Made by a program: the position numbers and the translations under genes | Sequence record: AY264775.1 | Direction: 5' to 3' (one strand) | DNA length: 39,093 nt | Source: Escherichia phage T7 | Shown here: positions 27,481 through 38,933 of the stretch, piece after piece | Position numbering within the stretch: position 1 is the first letter of the stretch | Layout: each line of letters begins with the position of its first letter | Notes under the pieces: generated by a model | What the model saw: the letters and a program-made list of their open reading frames with translations, nothing else | Databases searched by the model: none | Told to the model about the DNA's origin: nothing

Positions 27481-29724
27481 ATGAGTAAAATTGAATCTGC
27501 TCTTCAAGCGACACAACCGGGACTCTCTCGGTTACGTGGTGGTGCTGGAGGTATGGGCTATCGTGCAGCAACCACTCAGACCGAACAGCCAAGGTCAAGC
27601 CTATTGGACATCATTGGTCGGTTCGCTAAGGCTGGTGCCGATATGTATACCGCTAAGGAGCAACGAGCACGAGACCTAGCTGATGAACGCTCTAACGAGA
27701 TTATCCGTAAGCTGACCCCTGAGCAACGTCGAGAAGCTCTCAACAACGGGACCCTTCTGTATCAGGATGACCCATACGCTATGGAAGCACTCCGAGTCAA
27801 GACTGGTCGTAACGCTGCGTATCTTGTGGACGATGACGTTATGCAAAAGATAAAAGAGGGTGTCTTCCGTACTCGCGAAGAGATGGAAAAGTATCGCCAT
27901 AGTCGCCTTCAAAAAGGCGCTAAGGCATACGCTGAGCAGTTCGGCATCGACCCTGAGGACGTTGATTATCAGCGTGGTTTCAACGAGGACATTACCGAGC
28001 GTAACATCTCGCTGTATGGTGCGCATGATAACTTCTTGAGCCAGCAAGCTCAGAAGGGCGCTATCATGAACAGCCGAGTGGAACTCAACGGTGTCCTTCA
28101 AGACCCTGATATGCTGCGTCGTCCAGATTCTGCTGACTTCTTTGAGAAGTATATCGACAACGGTCTGGTTACTGGCGCAATCCCATCTGATGCTCAAGCC
28201 ACACAGCTTATAAGCCAAGCGTTCAGTGACGCTTCTAGCCGTGCTGGTGGTGCTGACTTCCTGATGCGAGTCGGTGACAAGAAGGTAACACTTAACGGAG
28301 CCACTACGACTTACCGAGAGTTGATTGGTGAGGAACAGTGGAACGCTCTCATGGTCACAGCACAACGTTCTCAGTTTGAGACTGACGCGAAGCTGAACGA
28401 GCAGTATCGCTTGAAGATTAATTCTGCGCTGAACCAAGAGGACCCAAGGACAGCTTGGGAGATGCTTCAAGGTATCAAGGCTGAACTAGATAAGGTCCAA
28501 CCTGATGAGCAGATGACACCACAACGTGAGTGGCTAATCTCCGCACAGGAACAAGTTCAGAATCAGATGAATGCATGGACGAAAGCTCAGGCTAAGGCTC
28601 TGGACGATTCCATGAAATCAATGAACAAACTTGACGTAATCGACAAGCAATTCCAGAAGCGAATCAACGGTGAGTGGGTCTCAACGGATTTTAAGGATAT
28701 GCCAGTCAACGAGAACACTGGTGAGTTCAAACATAGCGATATGGTTAACTACGCCAATAAGAAGCTCGCTGAGATTGACAGTATGGACATTCCAGACGGT
28801 GCCAAGGATGCTATGAAGTTGAAGTACCTTCAAGCGGACTCTAAGGACGGAGCATTTCGTACAGCCATCGGAACCATGGTCACTGACGCTGGTCAAGAGT
28901 GGTCTGCCGCTGTGATTAACGGTAAGTTACCAGAACGAACCCCAGCTATGGATGCTTTGCGCAGAATTCGCAATGCTGACCCTCAGTTGATTGCTGCGCT
29001 ATACCCAGACCAAGCTGAGCTATTCCTGACGATGGACATGATGGACAAGCAGAGTATTGACCCTCAGGTTATTCTTGATGCCGACCGACTGACTGTTAAG
29101 CGGTCCAAAGAGCAACGCTTTGAGGATGATAAAGCATTCGAGTCTGCACTGAATGCATCTAAGGCTCCTGAGATTGCCCGTATGCCAGCGTCACTGCGCG
29201 AATCTGCACGTAAGATTTATGACTCCGTTAAGTATCGCTCGGGGAACGAAAGCATGGCTATGGAGCAGATGACCAAGTTCCTTAAGGAATCTACCTACAC
29301 GTTCACTGGTGATGATGTTGACGGTGATACCGTTGGTGTGATTCCTAAGAATATGATGCAGGTTAACTCTGACCCGAAATCATGGGAGCAAGGTCGGGAT
29401 ATTCTGGAGGAAGCACGTAAGAAAATCATTGCGAGCAACCCTTGGATAACCAATAAGCAACTGACCATGTATTCTCAAGGTGACTCCATTTACCTTATGG
29501 ACACCACAGGTCAAGTCAGAGTCCGATACGACAAAGAGTTACTCTCGAAGGTCTGGAATGAGAACCAGAAGAAACTCGAAGAGAAAGCTTGTGAGAAGGC
29601 TCTGGCTGATGTGAACAAGCGAGCACCTATAGTTGCCGCTACGAAGGCCCGTGAAGCTGCTGCTAAACGAGTCCGAGAGAAACGTAAACAGACTCCTAAG
29701 TTCATCTACGAACGTAAGGAGTAA
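27481..29724 (+). CDS. 15: Internal core protein gp15
   Basis: 747-aa ORF. Confidence 0.95.
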   Translation: MSKIESALQATQPGLSRLRGGAGGMGYRAATTQTEQPRSSLLDIIGRFAKAGADMYTAKEQRARDLADERSNEIIRKLTPEQRREALNNGTLLYQDDPYAMEALRVKTGRNAAYLVDDDVMQKIKEGVFRTREEMEKYRHSRLQKGAKAYAEQFGIDPEDVDYQRGFNEDITERNISLYGAHDNFLSQQAQKGAIMNSRVELNGVLQDPDMLRRPDSADFFEKYIDNGLVTGAIPSDAQATQLISQAFSDASSRAGGADFLMRVGDKKVTLNGATTTYRELIGEEQWNALMVTAQRSQFETDAKLNEQYRLKINSALNQEDPRTAWEMLQGIKAELDKVQPDEQMTPQREWLISAQEQVQNQMNAWTKAQAKALDDSMKSMNKLDVIDKQFQKRINGEWVSTDFKDMPVNENTGEFKHSDMVNYANKKLAEIDSMDIPDGAKDAMKLKYLQADSKDGAFRTAIGTMVTDAGQEWSAAVINGKLPERTPAMDALRRIRNADPQLIAALYPDQAELFLTMDMMDKQSIDPQVILDADRLTVKRSKEQRFEDDKAFESALNASKAPEIARMPASLRESARKIYDSVKYRSGNESMAMEQMTKFLKESTYTFTGDDVDGDTVGVIPKNMMQVNSDPKSWEQGRDILEEARKKIIASNPWITNKQLTMYSQGDSIYLMDTTGQVRVRYDKELLSKVWNENQKKLEEKACEKALADVNKRAPIVAATKAREAAAKRVREKRKQTPKFIYERKE

Positions 29725-29750
29725 CTAAAGGCTACATAAGGAGGCCCTAA

Positions 29751-32700
29751 ATGGATAAGTACGATAAGAACGTACCAAGTGATTATGATGGTCTGTTCCA
29801 AAAGGCTGCTGATGCCAACGGGGTCTCTTATGACCTTTTACGTAAAATCGCTTGGACAGAATCACGATTTGTGCATACAGCAAAATCTAAGACTGGACCA
29901 TTAGGCATGATGCAATTTACCAAGGCAACCGCTAAGGCCCTCGGTCTGCGAGTTACCGATGGTCCAGACGATGACCGACTGAACCCTGAGTTAGCTATTA
30001 ATGCTGCCGCTAAGCAACTTGCAGGTCTGGTAGAGAAATTTGATGGCGATGAACTCAAAGCTGCCCTTGCGTACAACCAAGGCGAAGGACGCTTGGGTAA
30101 TCCACAACTTGAGGCGTACTCTAAGGGAGACTTCGCATCAATCTCTGAGGAGGGACGTAACTACATGCGTAACCTTCTGGATGTTGTTAAGTCACCTATG
30201 GCTGGACAGTTGGAAACTTTTGGTGGCATAACCCCAAAGGGTAAAGGCATTCCGGCTGAGGTAGGATTGGCTGGAATTGGTCACAAGCAGAAAGTAACAC
30301 AGGAACTTCCTGAGTCCACAAGTTTTGACGTTAAGGGTATCGAACAGGAGGCTACGGCGAAACCATTCGCCAAGGACTTTTGGGAGACCCACGGAGAAAC
30401 ACTTGACGAGTACAACAGTCGTTCAACCTTTTTCGGATTCAAAAATGCTGCCGAAGCTGAACTCTCCAACTCAGTCGCTGGGATGGCTTTCCGTGCTGGT
30501 CGTCTCGATAATGGTTTTGATGTGTTTAAAGATTCCATTACGCCGACTCGCTGGAACTCTCACATCTGGACTCCAGAGGAGTTAGAGAAGATTCGAACAG
30601 AGGTTAAGAACCTTGCGTACATCAACGTTGTAACTGGTGGTTCCCCTGAGAACCTCGATGACCTCATTAAATTGGCTAACGAGAACTTTGAGAATGACTC
30701 CCGCGCTGCCGAGGCTGGCCTAGGTGCCAAACTGAGTGCTGGTATTATTGGTGCTGGTGTGGACCCGCTTAGCTATGTTCCTATGGTCGGTGTCACTGGT
30801 AAGGGCTTTAAGTTAATCAATAAGGCTCTTGTAGTTGGTGCCGAAAGTGCTGCTCTGAACGTTGCATCCGAAGGTCTCCGTACCTCCGTAGCTGGTGGTG
30901 ACGCAGACTATGCGGGTGCTGTCTTAGGTGGCTTTGTGTTTGGCGCAGGCATGTCTGCAATCAGTGACGCTGTAGCTGCTGGACTGAAACGCAATAAACC
31001 AGAAGCTGAGTTCGACAATGAGTTCATCGGTCCTATGATGCGATTGGAAGCCCGTGAGACAGCACGAAACGCCAACTCTGCGGACCTCTCTCGGATGAAC
31101 ACTGAGAATATGAAGTTTGAAGGTGAACATAATGGTGTCCCTTATGAGGACTTACCAACAGAGAGAGGTGCCGTGGTGTTACATGATGGCTCCGTTCTAA
31201 GTGCAAGCAACCCAATCAACCCTAAGACTCTAAAAGAGTTCTCCGAGGTTGACCCTGAGAAGGCTGCACGAGGAATCAAACTGGCTGGGTTCACCGAGAT
31301 TGGCTTGAAGACCTTGGGGTCTGACGATACTGACATCCGTAGAGTGGCTATCGACCTCGTTCGCTCTCCTACTGGTATGCAGTCTGGTGCCTCAGGTAAG
31401 TTCGGTGCAACAGCTTCTGACATCCATGAGAGACTTCATGGTACTGACCAGCGTACTTATAATGATTTGTACAAAGCAATGTCTGACGCTATGAAAGACC
31501 CTGAGTTCTCTACTGGCGGCGTTAAGATGTCCCGTGAAGAAATTCGATACACTATCTACCGTAGAGCGGCACTAGCTATTGAGCGTCCAGAACTACAGAA
31601 GGCACTTACTCCGTCTGAGAGAATCGTTATGGACATCATTAAGCGTCACTTTGACACCAAGCGTGAACTTATGGAAAACCCAGCAATATTCGGTAACACA
31701 AAGGCTGTGAGTATCTTCCCTGAGAGTCGCCACAAAGGTACTTACGTTCCTCACGTATATGATCGTCATGCCAAGGCGCTGATGATTCAACGCTACGGTG
31801 CCGAAGGTTTGCAGGAAGGGATTGCCCGCTCATGGATGAACAGCTACGTCTCCAGACCTGAGGTCAAGGCCAGAGTCGATGAGATGCTTAAGGAATTACA
31901 CGGGGTGAAGGAAGTAACACCAGAGATGGTAGAGAAGTACGCTATGGATAAGGCTTATGGTATCTCCCACTCAGACCAGTTCACCAACAGTTCCATAATA
32001 GAAGAGAACATTGAGGGCTTAGTAGGTATCGAGAATAACTCATTCCTTGAGGCACGTAACTTGTTTGATTCGGACCTATCCATCACTATGCCAGACGGAC
32101 AGCAATTCTCAGTGAATGACCTAAGGGACTTCGATATGTTCCGCATCATGCCAGCGTATGACCGCCGTGTCAATGGTGACATCGCCATCATGGGGTCTAC
32201 TGGTAAAACCACTAAGGAACTTAAGGATGAGATTTTGACTCTCAAAGCAAAAGCTGAGGGAGACGGTAAGAAGACTGGCGAGGTACATGCTTTAATGGAT
32301 ACCGTTAAGATTCTTACTGGTCGTGCTAGACGCAATCAGGACACTGTGTGGGAAACCTCACTGCGTGCCATCAATGACCTAGGGTTCTTCGCTAAGAACG
32401 CCTACATGGGTGCTCAGAACATTACGGAGATTGCTGGGATGATTGTCACTGGTAACGTTCGTGCTCTAGGGCATGGTATCCCAATTCTGCGTGATACACT
32501 CTACAAGTCTAAACCAGTTTCAGCTAAGGAACTCAAGGAACTCCATGCGTCTCTGTTCGGGAAGGAGGTGGACCAGTTGATTCGGCCTAAACGTGCTGAC
32601 ATTGTGCAGCGCCTAAGGGAAGCAACTGATACCGGACCTGCCGTGGCGAACATCGTAGGGACCTTGAAGTATTCAACACAGGAACTGGCTGCTCGCTCTC

Positions 32701-33707
32701 CGTGGACTAAGCTACTGAACGGAACCACTAACTACCTTCTGGATGCTGCGCGTCAAGGTATGCTTGGGGATGTTATTAGTGCCACCCTAACAGGTAAGAC
32801 TACCCGCTGGGAGAAAGAAGGCTTCCTTCGTGGTGCCTCCGTAACTCCTGAGCAGATGGCTGGCATCAAGTCTCTCATCAAGGAACATATGGTACGCGGT
32901 GAGAACGGGAAGTTTACCGTTAAGGACAAGCAAGCGTTCTCTATGGACCCACGGGCTATGGACTTATGGAGATTGGCTGACAAGGTAGCTGATGAGGCAA
33001 TGCTGCGTCCACATAAGGTGTCCTTACAGGATTCCCATGCGTTCGGAGCACTAGGTAAGATGGTTATGCAGTTTAAGTCTTTCACTATCAAGTCCCTTAA
33101 CTCTAAGTTTCTGCGAACCTTCTATGATGGATACAAGAACAACCGAGCGATTGACGCTGCGCTGAGCATCATCACCTCTATGGGTCTCGCTGGTGGTTTC
33201 TATGCTATGGCTGCACACGTCAAAGCATACGCTCTGCCTAAGGAGAAACGTAAGGAGTACTTGGAGCGTGCACTGAACCCAACCATGATTGCCCACGCTG
33301 CGTTATCTCGTAGTTCTCAATTGGGTGCTCCTTTGGCTATGGTTGACCTAGTTGGTGGTGTTTTAGGGTTCGAGTCCTCCAAGATGGCTCGCTCTACGAT
33401 TCTACCTAAGGATACCGTGAAGGAACGTGACCCAAACAAACCGTACACCTCTAGAGAGGTAATGGGCGCTATGGGTTCAAACCTTCTGGAACAGATGCCT
33501 TCGGCTGGCTTTGTGGCTAACGTAGGGGCTACCTTAATGAATGCTGCTGGCGTGGTCAATTCACCTAATAAAGCAACCGAGCAGGACTTCATGACTGGTC
33601 TTATGAACTCCACAAAAGAGTTAGTACCGAACGACCCATTGACTCAACAGCTTGTGTTGAAGATTTATGAGGCGAACGGTGTTAACTTGAGGGAGCGTAG
33701 GAAATAA
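29751..33707 (+). CDS. 16: Internal core protein gp16 with N-terminal lytic transglycosylase domain
   Basis: 1318-aa ORF; N-terminal region ...TESRFVHTAKSKTGPLGMMQFT... resembles the SLT motif. Confidence 0.95.
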   Translation: MDKYDKNVPSDYDGLFQKAADANGVSYDLLRKIAWTESRFVHTAKSKTGPLGMMQFTKATAKALGLRVTDGPDDDRLNPELAINAAAKQLAGLVEKFDGDELKAALAYNQGEGRLGNPQLEAYSKGDFASISEEGRNYMRNLLDVVKSPMAGQLETFGGITPKGKGIPAEVGLAGIGHKQKVTQELPESTSFDVKGIEQEATAKPFAKDFWETHGETLDEYNSRSTFFGFKNAAEAELSNSVAGMAFRAGRLDNGFDVFKDSITPTRWNSHIWTPEELEKIRTEVKNLAYINVVTGGSPENLDDLIKLANENFENDSRAAEAGLGAKLSAGIIGAGVDPLSYVPMVGVTGKGFKLINKALVVGAESAALNVASEGLRTSVAGGDADYAGAVLGGFVFGAGMSAISDAVAAGLKRNKPEAEFDNEFIGPMMRLEARETARNANSADLSRMNTENMKFEGEHNGVPYEDLPTERGAVVLHDGSVLSASNPINPKTLKEFSEVDPEKAARGIKLAGFTEIGLKTLGSDDTDIRRVAIDLVRSPTGMQSGASGKFGATASDIHERLHGTDQRTYNDLYKAMSDAMKDPEFSTGGVKMSREEIRYTIYRRAALAIERPELQKALTPSERIVMDIIKRHFDTKRELMENPAIFGNTKAVSIFPESRHKGTYVPHVYDRHAKALMIQRYGAEGLQEGIARSWMNSYVSRPEVKARVDEMLKELHGVKEVTPEMVEKYAMDKAYGISHSDQFTNSSIIEENIEGLVGIENNSFLEARNLFDSDLSITMPDGQQFSVNDLRDFDMFRIMPAYDRRVNGDIAIMGSTGKTTKELKDEILTLKAKAEGDGKKTGEVHALMDTVKILTGRARRNQDTVWETSLRAINDLGFFAKNAYMGAQNITEIAGMIVTGNVRALGHGIPILRDTLYKSKPVSAKELKELHASLFGKEVDQLIRPKRADIVQRLREATDTGPAVANIVGTLKYSTQELAARSPWTKLLNGTTNYLLDAARQGMLGDVISATLTGKTTRWEKEGFLRGASVTPEQMAGIKSLIKEHMVRGENGKFTVKDKQAFSMDPRAMDLWRLADKVADEAMLRPHKVSLQDSHAFGALGKMVMQFKSFTIKSLNSKFLRTFYDGYKNNRAIDAALSIITSMGLAGGFYAMAAHVKAYALPKEKRKEYLERALNPTMIAHAALSRSSQLGAPLAMVDLVGGVLGFESSKMARSTILPKDTVKERDPNKPYTSREVMGAMGSNLLEQMPSAGFVANVGATLMNAAGVVNSPNKATEQDFMTGLMNSTKELVPNDPLTQQLVLKIYEANGVNLRERRK

Positions 33708-33727
33708 TACGACTCACTATAGGGAGA
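33705..33727 (+). promoter_or_regulatory. T7 promoter phi17 (class III)
   Basis: taatacgactcactatagggaga. Confidence 0.95.
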
Positions 33728-33779
33728 GGCGAAATAATCTTCTCCCTGTAGTCTCTTAGATTTACTTTAAGGAGGTCAA

Positions 33780-35441
33780 ATGGCTAACGTAATTAAAACC
33801 GTTTTGACTTACCAGTTAGATGGCTCCAATCGTGATTTTAATATCCCGTTTGAGTATCTAGCCCGTAAGTTCGTAGTGGTAACTCTTATTGGTGTAGACC
33901 GAAAGGTCCTTACGATTAATACAGACTATCGCTTTGTTACACGTACTACTATCTCTCTGACAAAGGCTTGGGGTCCAGCCGATGGTTACACGACCATCGA
34001 GTTACGTCGAGTAACCTCCACTACCGATCGATTGGTTGACTTTACGGATGGTTCAATCCTCCGCGCGTATGACCTTAACGTCGCTCAGATTCAAACGATG
34101 CACGTAGCGGAAGAGGCCCGTGACCTCACTACGGATACTATCGGTGTCAATAACGATGGTCACTTGGATGCTCGTGGTCGTCGAATTGTGAACCTAGCGA
34201 ACGCCGTGGATGACCGCGATGTTGTTCCGTTTGGTCAACTAAAGACCATGAACCAGAACTCATGGCAAGCACGTAATGAAGCCTTACAGTTCCGTAATGA
34301 GGCTGAAACTTTCAGAAACCAAGCGGAGGGCTTTAAGAACGAGTCCAGTACCAACGCTACGAACACAAAGCAGTGGCGCGATGAGACCAAGGGTTTCCGA
34401 GACGAAGCCAAGTGGTTCAAGAATACGGCTGGTCAATACGCTACATCTGCTGGGAACTCTGCTTCCGCTGCGCATCAATTTGAGGTAAACGCTGAGAACT
34501 CTGCCACAGCATCCGCTAACTCTGCTCATTTGGCAGAACAGCAAGCAGACCGTGCGGAACGTGAGGCAGACAAGCTGGAAAATTACAATGAATTGGCTGG
34601 TGCAATTGATAAGGTAGATGGAACCAATGTGTACTGGAAAGGAAATATTCACGCTAACGGGCGCCTTTACATGACCACAAACGGTTTTGACTGTGGCCAG
34701 TATCAACAGTTCTTTGGTGGTGTCACTAATCGTTACTCTGTCATGGAGTGGGGAGATGAGAACGGATGGCTGATGTATGTTCAACGTAGAGAGTGGACAA
34801 CAGCGATAGGCGGTAACATCCAGTTAGTAGTAAACGGACAGATCATCACTCAAGGTGGAGCCATGACCGGTCAGCTAAAATTGCAGAATGGGCATGTTCT
34901 TCAATTAGAGTCCGCATCCGACAAGGCGCACTATATTCTATCTAAAGATGGTAACAGGAATAACTGGTACATTGGTAGAGGGTCAGATAACAACAATGAC
35001 TGTACCTTCCACTCCTATGTACATGGTACGACCTTAACACTCAAGCAGAACTATGCAGTAGTTAACAAACACTTCCACGTAGGTCAGGCCGTTGTGGCCA
35101 CTGATGGTAATATTCAAGGTACTAAGTGGGGAGGTAAATGGCTGGATGCTTACCTACGTGACAGCTTCGTTGCGAAGTCCAAGACGTGGACTCAGGTGTG
35201 GTCTGGTAGAGCTGGCGGTGGGGTAAGTGTGACTGTTTCACAGGATCTCCGCTTCCGCAATATCTGGATTAAGTGTGCCAACAACTCTTGGAACTTCTGC
35301 CGTACTGGCCCCGATGGAACCTACTTCATAGCCTCTGATGGTGGATGGTTACGATTCCAAATACACTCCAACGGTCTCGGATTCAAGAATATTGCAGACA
35401 GTCGTTCAGTACCTAATGCAATCATGGTGGAGAACGAGTAA
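33780..35441 (+). CDS. 17: Tail fiber protein gp17
   Basis: 553-aa ORF MANVIKTVLTYQLDGSNRDF... Confidence 0.97.
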   Translation: MANVIKTVLTYQLDGSNRDFNIPFEYLARKFVVVTLIGVDRKVLTINTDYRFVTRTTISLTKAWGPADGYTTIELRRVTSTTDRLVDFTDGSILRAYDLNVAQIQTMHVAEEARDLTTDTIGVNNDGHLDARGRRIVNLANAVDDRDVVPFGQLKTMNQNSWQARNEALQFRNEAETFRNQAEGFKNESSTNATNTKQWRDETKGFRDEAKWFKNTAGQYATSAGNSASAAHQFEVNAENSATASANSAHLAEQQADRAEREADKLENYNELAGAIDKVDGTNVYWKGNIHANGRLYMTTNGFDCGQYQQFFGGVTNRYSVMEWGDENGWLMYVQRREWTTAIGGNIQLVVNGQIITQGGAMTGQLKLQNGHVLQLESASDKAHYILSKDGNRNNWYIGRGSDNNNDCTFHSYVHGTTLTLKQNYAVVNKHFHVGQAVVATDGNIQGTKWGGKWLDAYLRDSFVAKSKTWTQVWSGRAGGGVSVTVSQDLRFRNIWIKCANNSWNFCRTGPDGTYFIASDGGWLRFQIHSNGLGFKNIADSRSVPNAIMVENE

Positions 35442-35499
35442 TTGGTAAATCACAAGGAAAGACGTGTAGTCCACGGATGGACTCTCAAGGAGGTACAAG

Positions 35500-35703
35500 G
35501 TGCTATCATTAGACTTTAACAACGAATTGATTAAGGCTGCTCCAGTTGTTGGGATGGGTGTAGCAGATGTTAGTGCTCGACTGTTCTTTGGGTTAAGCCT
35601 TAACGAATGGTTCTACGCTGCTGCTATCGCCTACACAGTGGTTCAGATTGGTGCCAAGGTAGTCGATAAGATGATTGACTGGAAGAAAGCTAATAAGGAG
35701 TGA
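35500..35703 (+). CDS. 17.5: Holin gp17.5
   Basis: 67-aa ORF with a hydrophobic segment; in-frame start is a GTG after aaggaggt SD. Confidence 0.85.
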   Translation: MLSLDFNNELIKAAPVVGMGVADVSARLFFGLSLNEWFYAAAIAYTVVQIGAKVVDKMIDWKKANKE

Positions 35704-35708
35704 TATGT

Positions 35709-35978
35709 ATGGAAAAGGATAAGAGCCTTATTACATTCTTAGAGATGTTGGACACTGCGATGGCTCAGCGTATGCTTGCGGATCTTTCGGACCATGAGCG
35801 TCGCTCTCCGCAACTCTATAATGCTATTAACAAACTGTTAGACCGCCACAAGTTCCAGATTAGTAAGTTGCAGCCGGATGTTCACATCTTAGGTGGCCTT
35901 GCTGGTGCTCTTGAAGAGTACAAAGAGAAAGTCGGTGATAACGGTCTTACGGATGATGATATTTACACATTACAGTGA
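35709..35978 (+). CDS. 18: Terminase small subunit gp18
   Basis: 89-aa frame MEKDKSLITFLEMLDTAMAQ... Confidence 0.9.
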   Translation: MEKDKSLITFLEMLDTAMAQRMLADLSDHERRSPQLYNAINKLLDRHKFQISKLQPDVHILGGLAGALEEYKEKVGDNGLTDDDIYTLQ

Positions 35979-35982
35979 TATA

Positions 35983-36025
35983 TTCAAGGCCACTACAGAT
36001 AGTGGTCTTTATGGATGTCATTGTC
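35983..36025 (+). promoter_or_regulatory. RNase III site R18.5 (approximate)
   Basis: tattcaaggccactacagatagtggtctttatggatg hairpin. Confidence 0.5.
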
Positions 36026-36072
36026 TATACGAGATGCTCCTACGTGAAATCTGAAAGTTAACGGAAGGCATT

Positions 36073-36504
36073 ATGCTAGAATTTTTACGTAAGCTAATCC
36101 TTTGGGTTCTCGCTGGGATGCTATTCGGGTTAGGATGGCATCTAGGGTCAGACTCAATGGACGCTAAATGGAAACAGGAGGTACACAATGAGTACGTTAA
36201 GAGAGTTGAGGCTGCGAAGAGCACTCAAAGAGCAATCGATGCGGTATCTGCTAAGTATCAAGAAGACCTTGCCGCGTTGGAAGGGAGCACTGATAGGATT
36301 ATTTCTGATTTGCGTAGCGACAATAAGCGGTTGCGCGTCAGAGTCAAAACTACCGGAACCTTCGATGGTCAGTGTGGATTCGAGCCTGATGGTCGAGCCG
36401 AACTTGACGACCGAGATGTTAAACGTATTCTCGCAGTGACCCAGAAGGGTGACGCATGGATTCGTGCGTTACAGGATATTATTCGTGAACTGCAACGTAA
36501 GTAG
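36073..36504 (+). CDS. 18.5: gp18.5, Rz-like inner-membrane spanin
   Basis: 143-aa ORF with N-terminal transmembrane segment. Confidence 0.9.
   Translation: MLEFLRKLILWVLAGMLFGLGWHLGSDSMDAKWKQEVHNEYVKRVEAAKSTQRAIDAVSAKYQEDLAALEGSTDRIISDLRSDNKRLRVRVKTTGTFDGQCGFEPDGRAELDDRDVKRILAVTQKGDAWIRALQDIIRELQRK
36188..36439 (+). CDS. 18.7: gp18.7, Rz1-like outer-membrane spanin embedded in the +1 frame of 18.5
   Basis: 83-aa ORF entirely within 18.5, contains a lipobox-like ...ISGCAS. Confidence 0.75.
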   Translation: MSTLRELRLRRALKEQSMRYLLSIKKTLPRWKGALIGLFLICVATISGCASESKLPEPSMVSVDSSLMVEPNLTTEMLNVFSQ

Positions 36505-36525
36505 GAAATCAAGTAAGGAGGCAAT

Positions 36526-38286
36526 GTGTCTACTCAATCCAATCGTAATGCGCTCGTAGTGGCGCAACTGAAAGGAGACTTCGTGGCGTTCCTATTCGTC
36601 TTATGGAAGGCGCTAAACCTACCGGTGCCCACTAAGTGTCAGATTGACATGGCTAAGGTGCTGGCGAATGGAGACAACAAGAAGTTCATCTTACAGGCTT
36701 TCCGTGGTATCGGTAAGTCGTTCATCACATGTGCGTTCGTTGTGTGGTCCTTATGGAGAGACCCTCAGTTGAAGATACTTATCGTATCAGCCTCTAAGGA
36801 GCGTGCAGACGCTAACTCCATCTTTATTAAGAACATCATTGACCTGCTGCCATTCCTATCTGAGTTAAAGCCAAGACCCGGACAGCGTGACTCGGTAATC
36901 AGCTTTGATGTAGGCCCAGCCAATCCTGACCACTCTCCTAGTGTGAAATCAGTAGGTATCACTGGTCAGTTAACTGGTAGTCGTGCTGACATTATCATTG
37001 CGGATGACGTTGAGATTCCGTCTAACAGCGCAACTATGGGTGCCCGTGAGAAGCTATGGACTCTGGTTCAGGAGTTCGCTGCGTTACTTAAACCGCTGCC
37101 TTCCTCTCGCGTTATCTACCTTGGTACACCTCAGACAGAGATGACTCTCTATAAGGAACTTGAGGATAACCGTGGGTACACAACCATTATCTGGCCTGCT
37201 CTGTACCCAAGGACACGTGAAGAGAACCTCTATTACTCACAGCGTCTTGCTCCTATGTTACGCGCTGAGTACGATGAGAACCCTGAGGCACTTGCTGGGA
37301 CTCCAACAGACCCAGTGCGCTTTGACCGTGATGACCTGCGCGAGCGTGAGTTGGAATACGGTAAGGCTGGCTTTACGCTACAGTTCATGCTTAACCCTAA
37401 CCTTAGTGATGCCGAGAAGTACCCGCTGAGGCTTCGTGACGCTATCGTAGCGGCCTTAGACTTAGAGAAGGCCCCAATGCATTACCAGTGGCTTCCGAAC
37501 CGTCAGAACATCATTGAGGACCTTCCTAACGTTGGCCTTAAGGGTGATGATCTGCATACGTACCACGATTGTTCCAACAACTTAGGTCAGTATCAACAGA
37601 AGATTCTGGTCATTGACCCTAGTGGTCGCGGTAAGGACGAAACAGGTTACGCTGTGCTGTACACACTGAACGGTTACATCTACCTTATGGAAGCTGGAGG
37701 TTTCCGTGATGGCTACTCCGATAAGACCCTTGAGTTACTCGCTAAGAAGGCAAAGCAATGGGGAATCCAGACGGTTGTCTACGAGAGTAACTTCGGTGAC
37801 GGTATGTTCGGTAAGGTATTCAGTCCTATCCTTCTTAAACACCACAACTGTGCGATGGAAGAGATTCGTGCCCGTGATATGAAAGAGATGCGTATTTGCG
37901 ATACCCTTGAGCCAGTCATGCAGACTCACCGCCTTGTAATTCGTGATGAGGTCATTAGGGCCGACTACCAGTCCGCTCGTGACGTAGACGGTAAGCATGA
38001 CGTTAAGTACTCGTTGTTCTACCAGATGACCCGTATCACTCGTGAGAAAGGCGCTCTGGCTCATGATGACCGATTGGATGCCCTTGCGTTAGGCATTGAG
38101 TATCTCCGTGAGTCCATGCAGTTGGATTCCGTTAAGGTCGAGGGTGAAGTACTTGCTGACTTCCTTGAGGAACACATGGTGCGTCCTACGGTTGCTGCTA
38201 CGCATATCATTGAGATGTCTGTGGGAGGAGTTGATGTGTACTCTGAGGACGATGAGGGTTACAGTACGTCTTTCATTGAGTGGTGA
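36526..38286 (+). CDS. 19: Terminase large subunit gp19
   Basis: 586-aa ORF; the in-frame start at 36526 is GTG after aaggagg. Confidence 0.97.
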   Translation: MSTQSNRNALVVAQLKGDFVAFLFVLWKALNLPVPTKCQIDMAKVLANGDNKKFILQAFRGIGKSFITCAFVVWSLWRDPQLKILIVSASKERADANSIFIKNIIDLLPFLSELKPRPGQRDSVISFDVGPANPDHSPSVKSVGITGQLTGSRADIIIADDVEIPSNSATMGAREKLWTLVQEFAALLKPLPSSRVIYLGTPQTEMTLYKELEDNRGYTTIIWPALYPRTREENLYYSQRLAPMLRAEYDENPEALAGTPTDPVRFDRDDLRERELEYGKAGFTLQFMLNPNLSDAEKYPLRLRDAIVAALDLEKAPMHYQWLPNRQNIIEDLPNVGLKGDDLHTYHDCSNNLGQYQQKILVIDPSGRGKDETGYAVLYTLNGYIYLMEAGGFRDGYSDKTLELLAKKAKQWGIQTVVYESNFGDGMFGKVFSPILLKHHNCAMEEIRARDMKEMRICDTLEPVMQTHRLVIRDEVIRADYQSARDVDGKHDVKYSLFYQMTRITREKGALAHDDRLDALALGIEYLRESMQLDSVKVEGEVLADFLEEHMVRPTVAATHIIEMSVGGVDVYSEDDEGYSTSFIEW

Positions 38287-38367
38287 TTTATGCATTAGGA
38301 CTGCATAGGGATGCACTATAGACCACGGATGGTCAGTTCTTTAAGTTACTGAAAAGACACGATAAAT

Positions 38368-38390
38368 TAATACGACTCACTATAGGGAGA
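38368..38390 (+). promoter_or_regulatory. T7 promoter phiOR (class III)
   Basis: taatacgactcactatagggaga. Confidence 0.95.
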
Positions 38391-38544
38391 GGAGGGACGA
38401 AAGGTTACTATATAGATACTGAATGAATACTTATAGAGTGCATAAAGTATGCATAATGGTGTACCTAGAGTGACCTCTAAGAATGGTGATTATATTGTAT
38501 TAGTATCACCTTAACTTAAGGACCAACATAAAGGGAGGTGACTC

Positions 38545-38694
38545 ATGTTCCGCTTATTGTTGAACCTACTGCGGCATAGAGTCACCTACCGATTTCTTGT
38601 GGTACTTTGTGCTGCCCTTGGGTACGCATCTCTTACTGGAGACCTCAGTTCACTGGAGTCTGTCGTTTGCTCTATACTCACTTGTAGCGATTAG
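38545..38694 (+). CDS. 19.5: gp19.5
   Basis: 49-aa ORF MFRLLLNLLRHRVTYRFLVVLCAALGYASLTGDLSSLESVVCSILTCSD. Confidence 0.7.
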   Translation: MFRLLLNLLRHRVTYRFLVVLCAALGYASLTGDLSSLESVVCSILTCSD

Positions 38695-38699
38695 GGTCT

Positions 38700-38933
38700 T
38701 CCTGACCGATTGATGGCTCACCGAGGGATTCAGCGGTATGATTGCATCACACCACTTCATCCCTATAGAGTCAAGTCCTAAGGTATACCCATAAAGAGTC
38801 TCTAATGGTCTATCCTAAGGTCTATACCTAAAGATAGGCCATCCTATCAGTGTCACCTAAAGAGGGTCTTAGAGAGGGCCTATGGAGTTCCTATAGGGTC
38901 CTTTAAAATATACCATAAAAATCTGAGTGACTA
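38700..38933. repeat. Right-end short-repeat region preceding the terminal repeat
   Basis: Repeated cctaaag / cataaag / cctatag-like units. Confidence 0.6.
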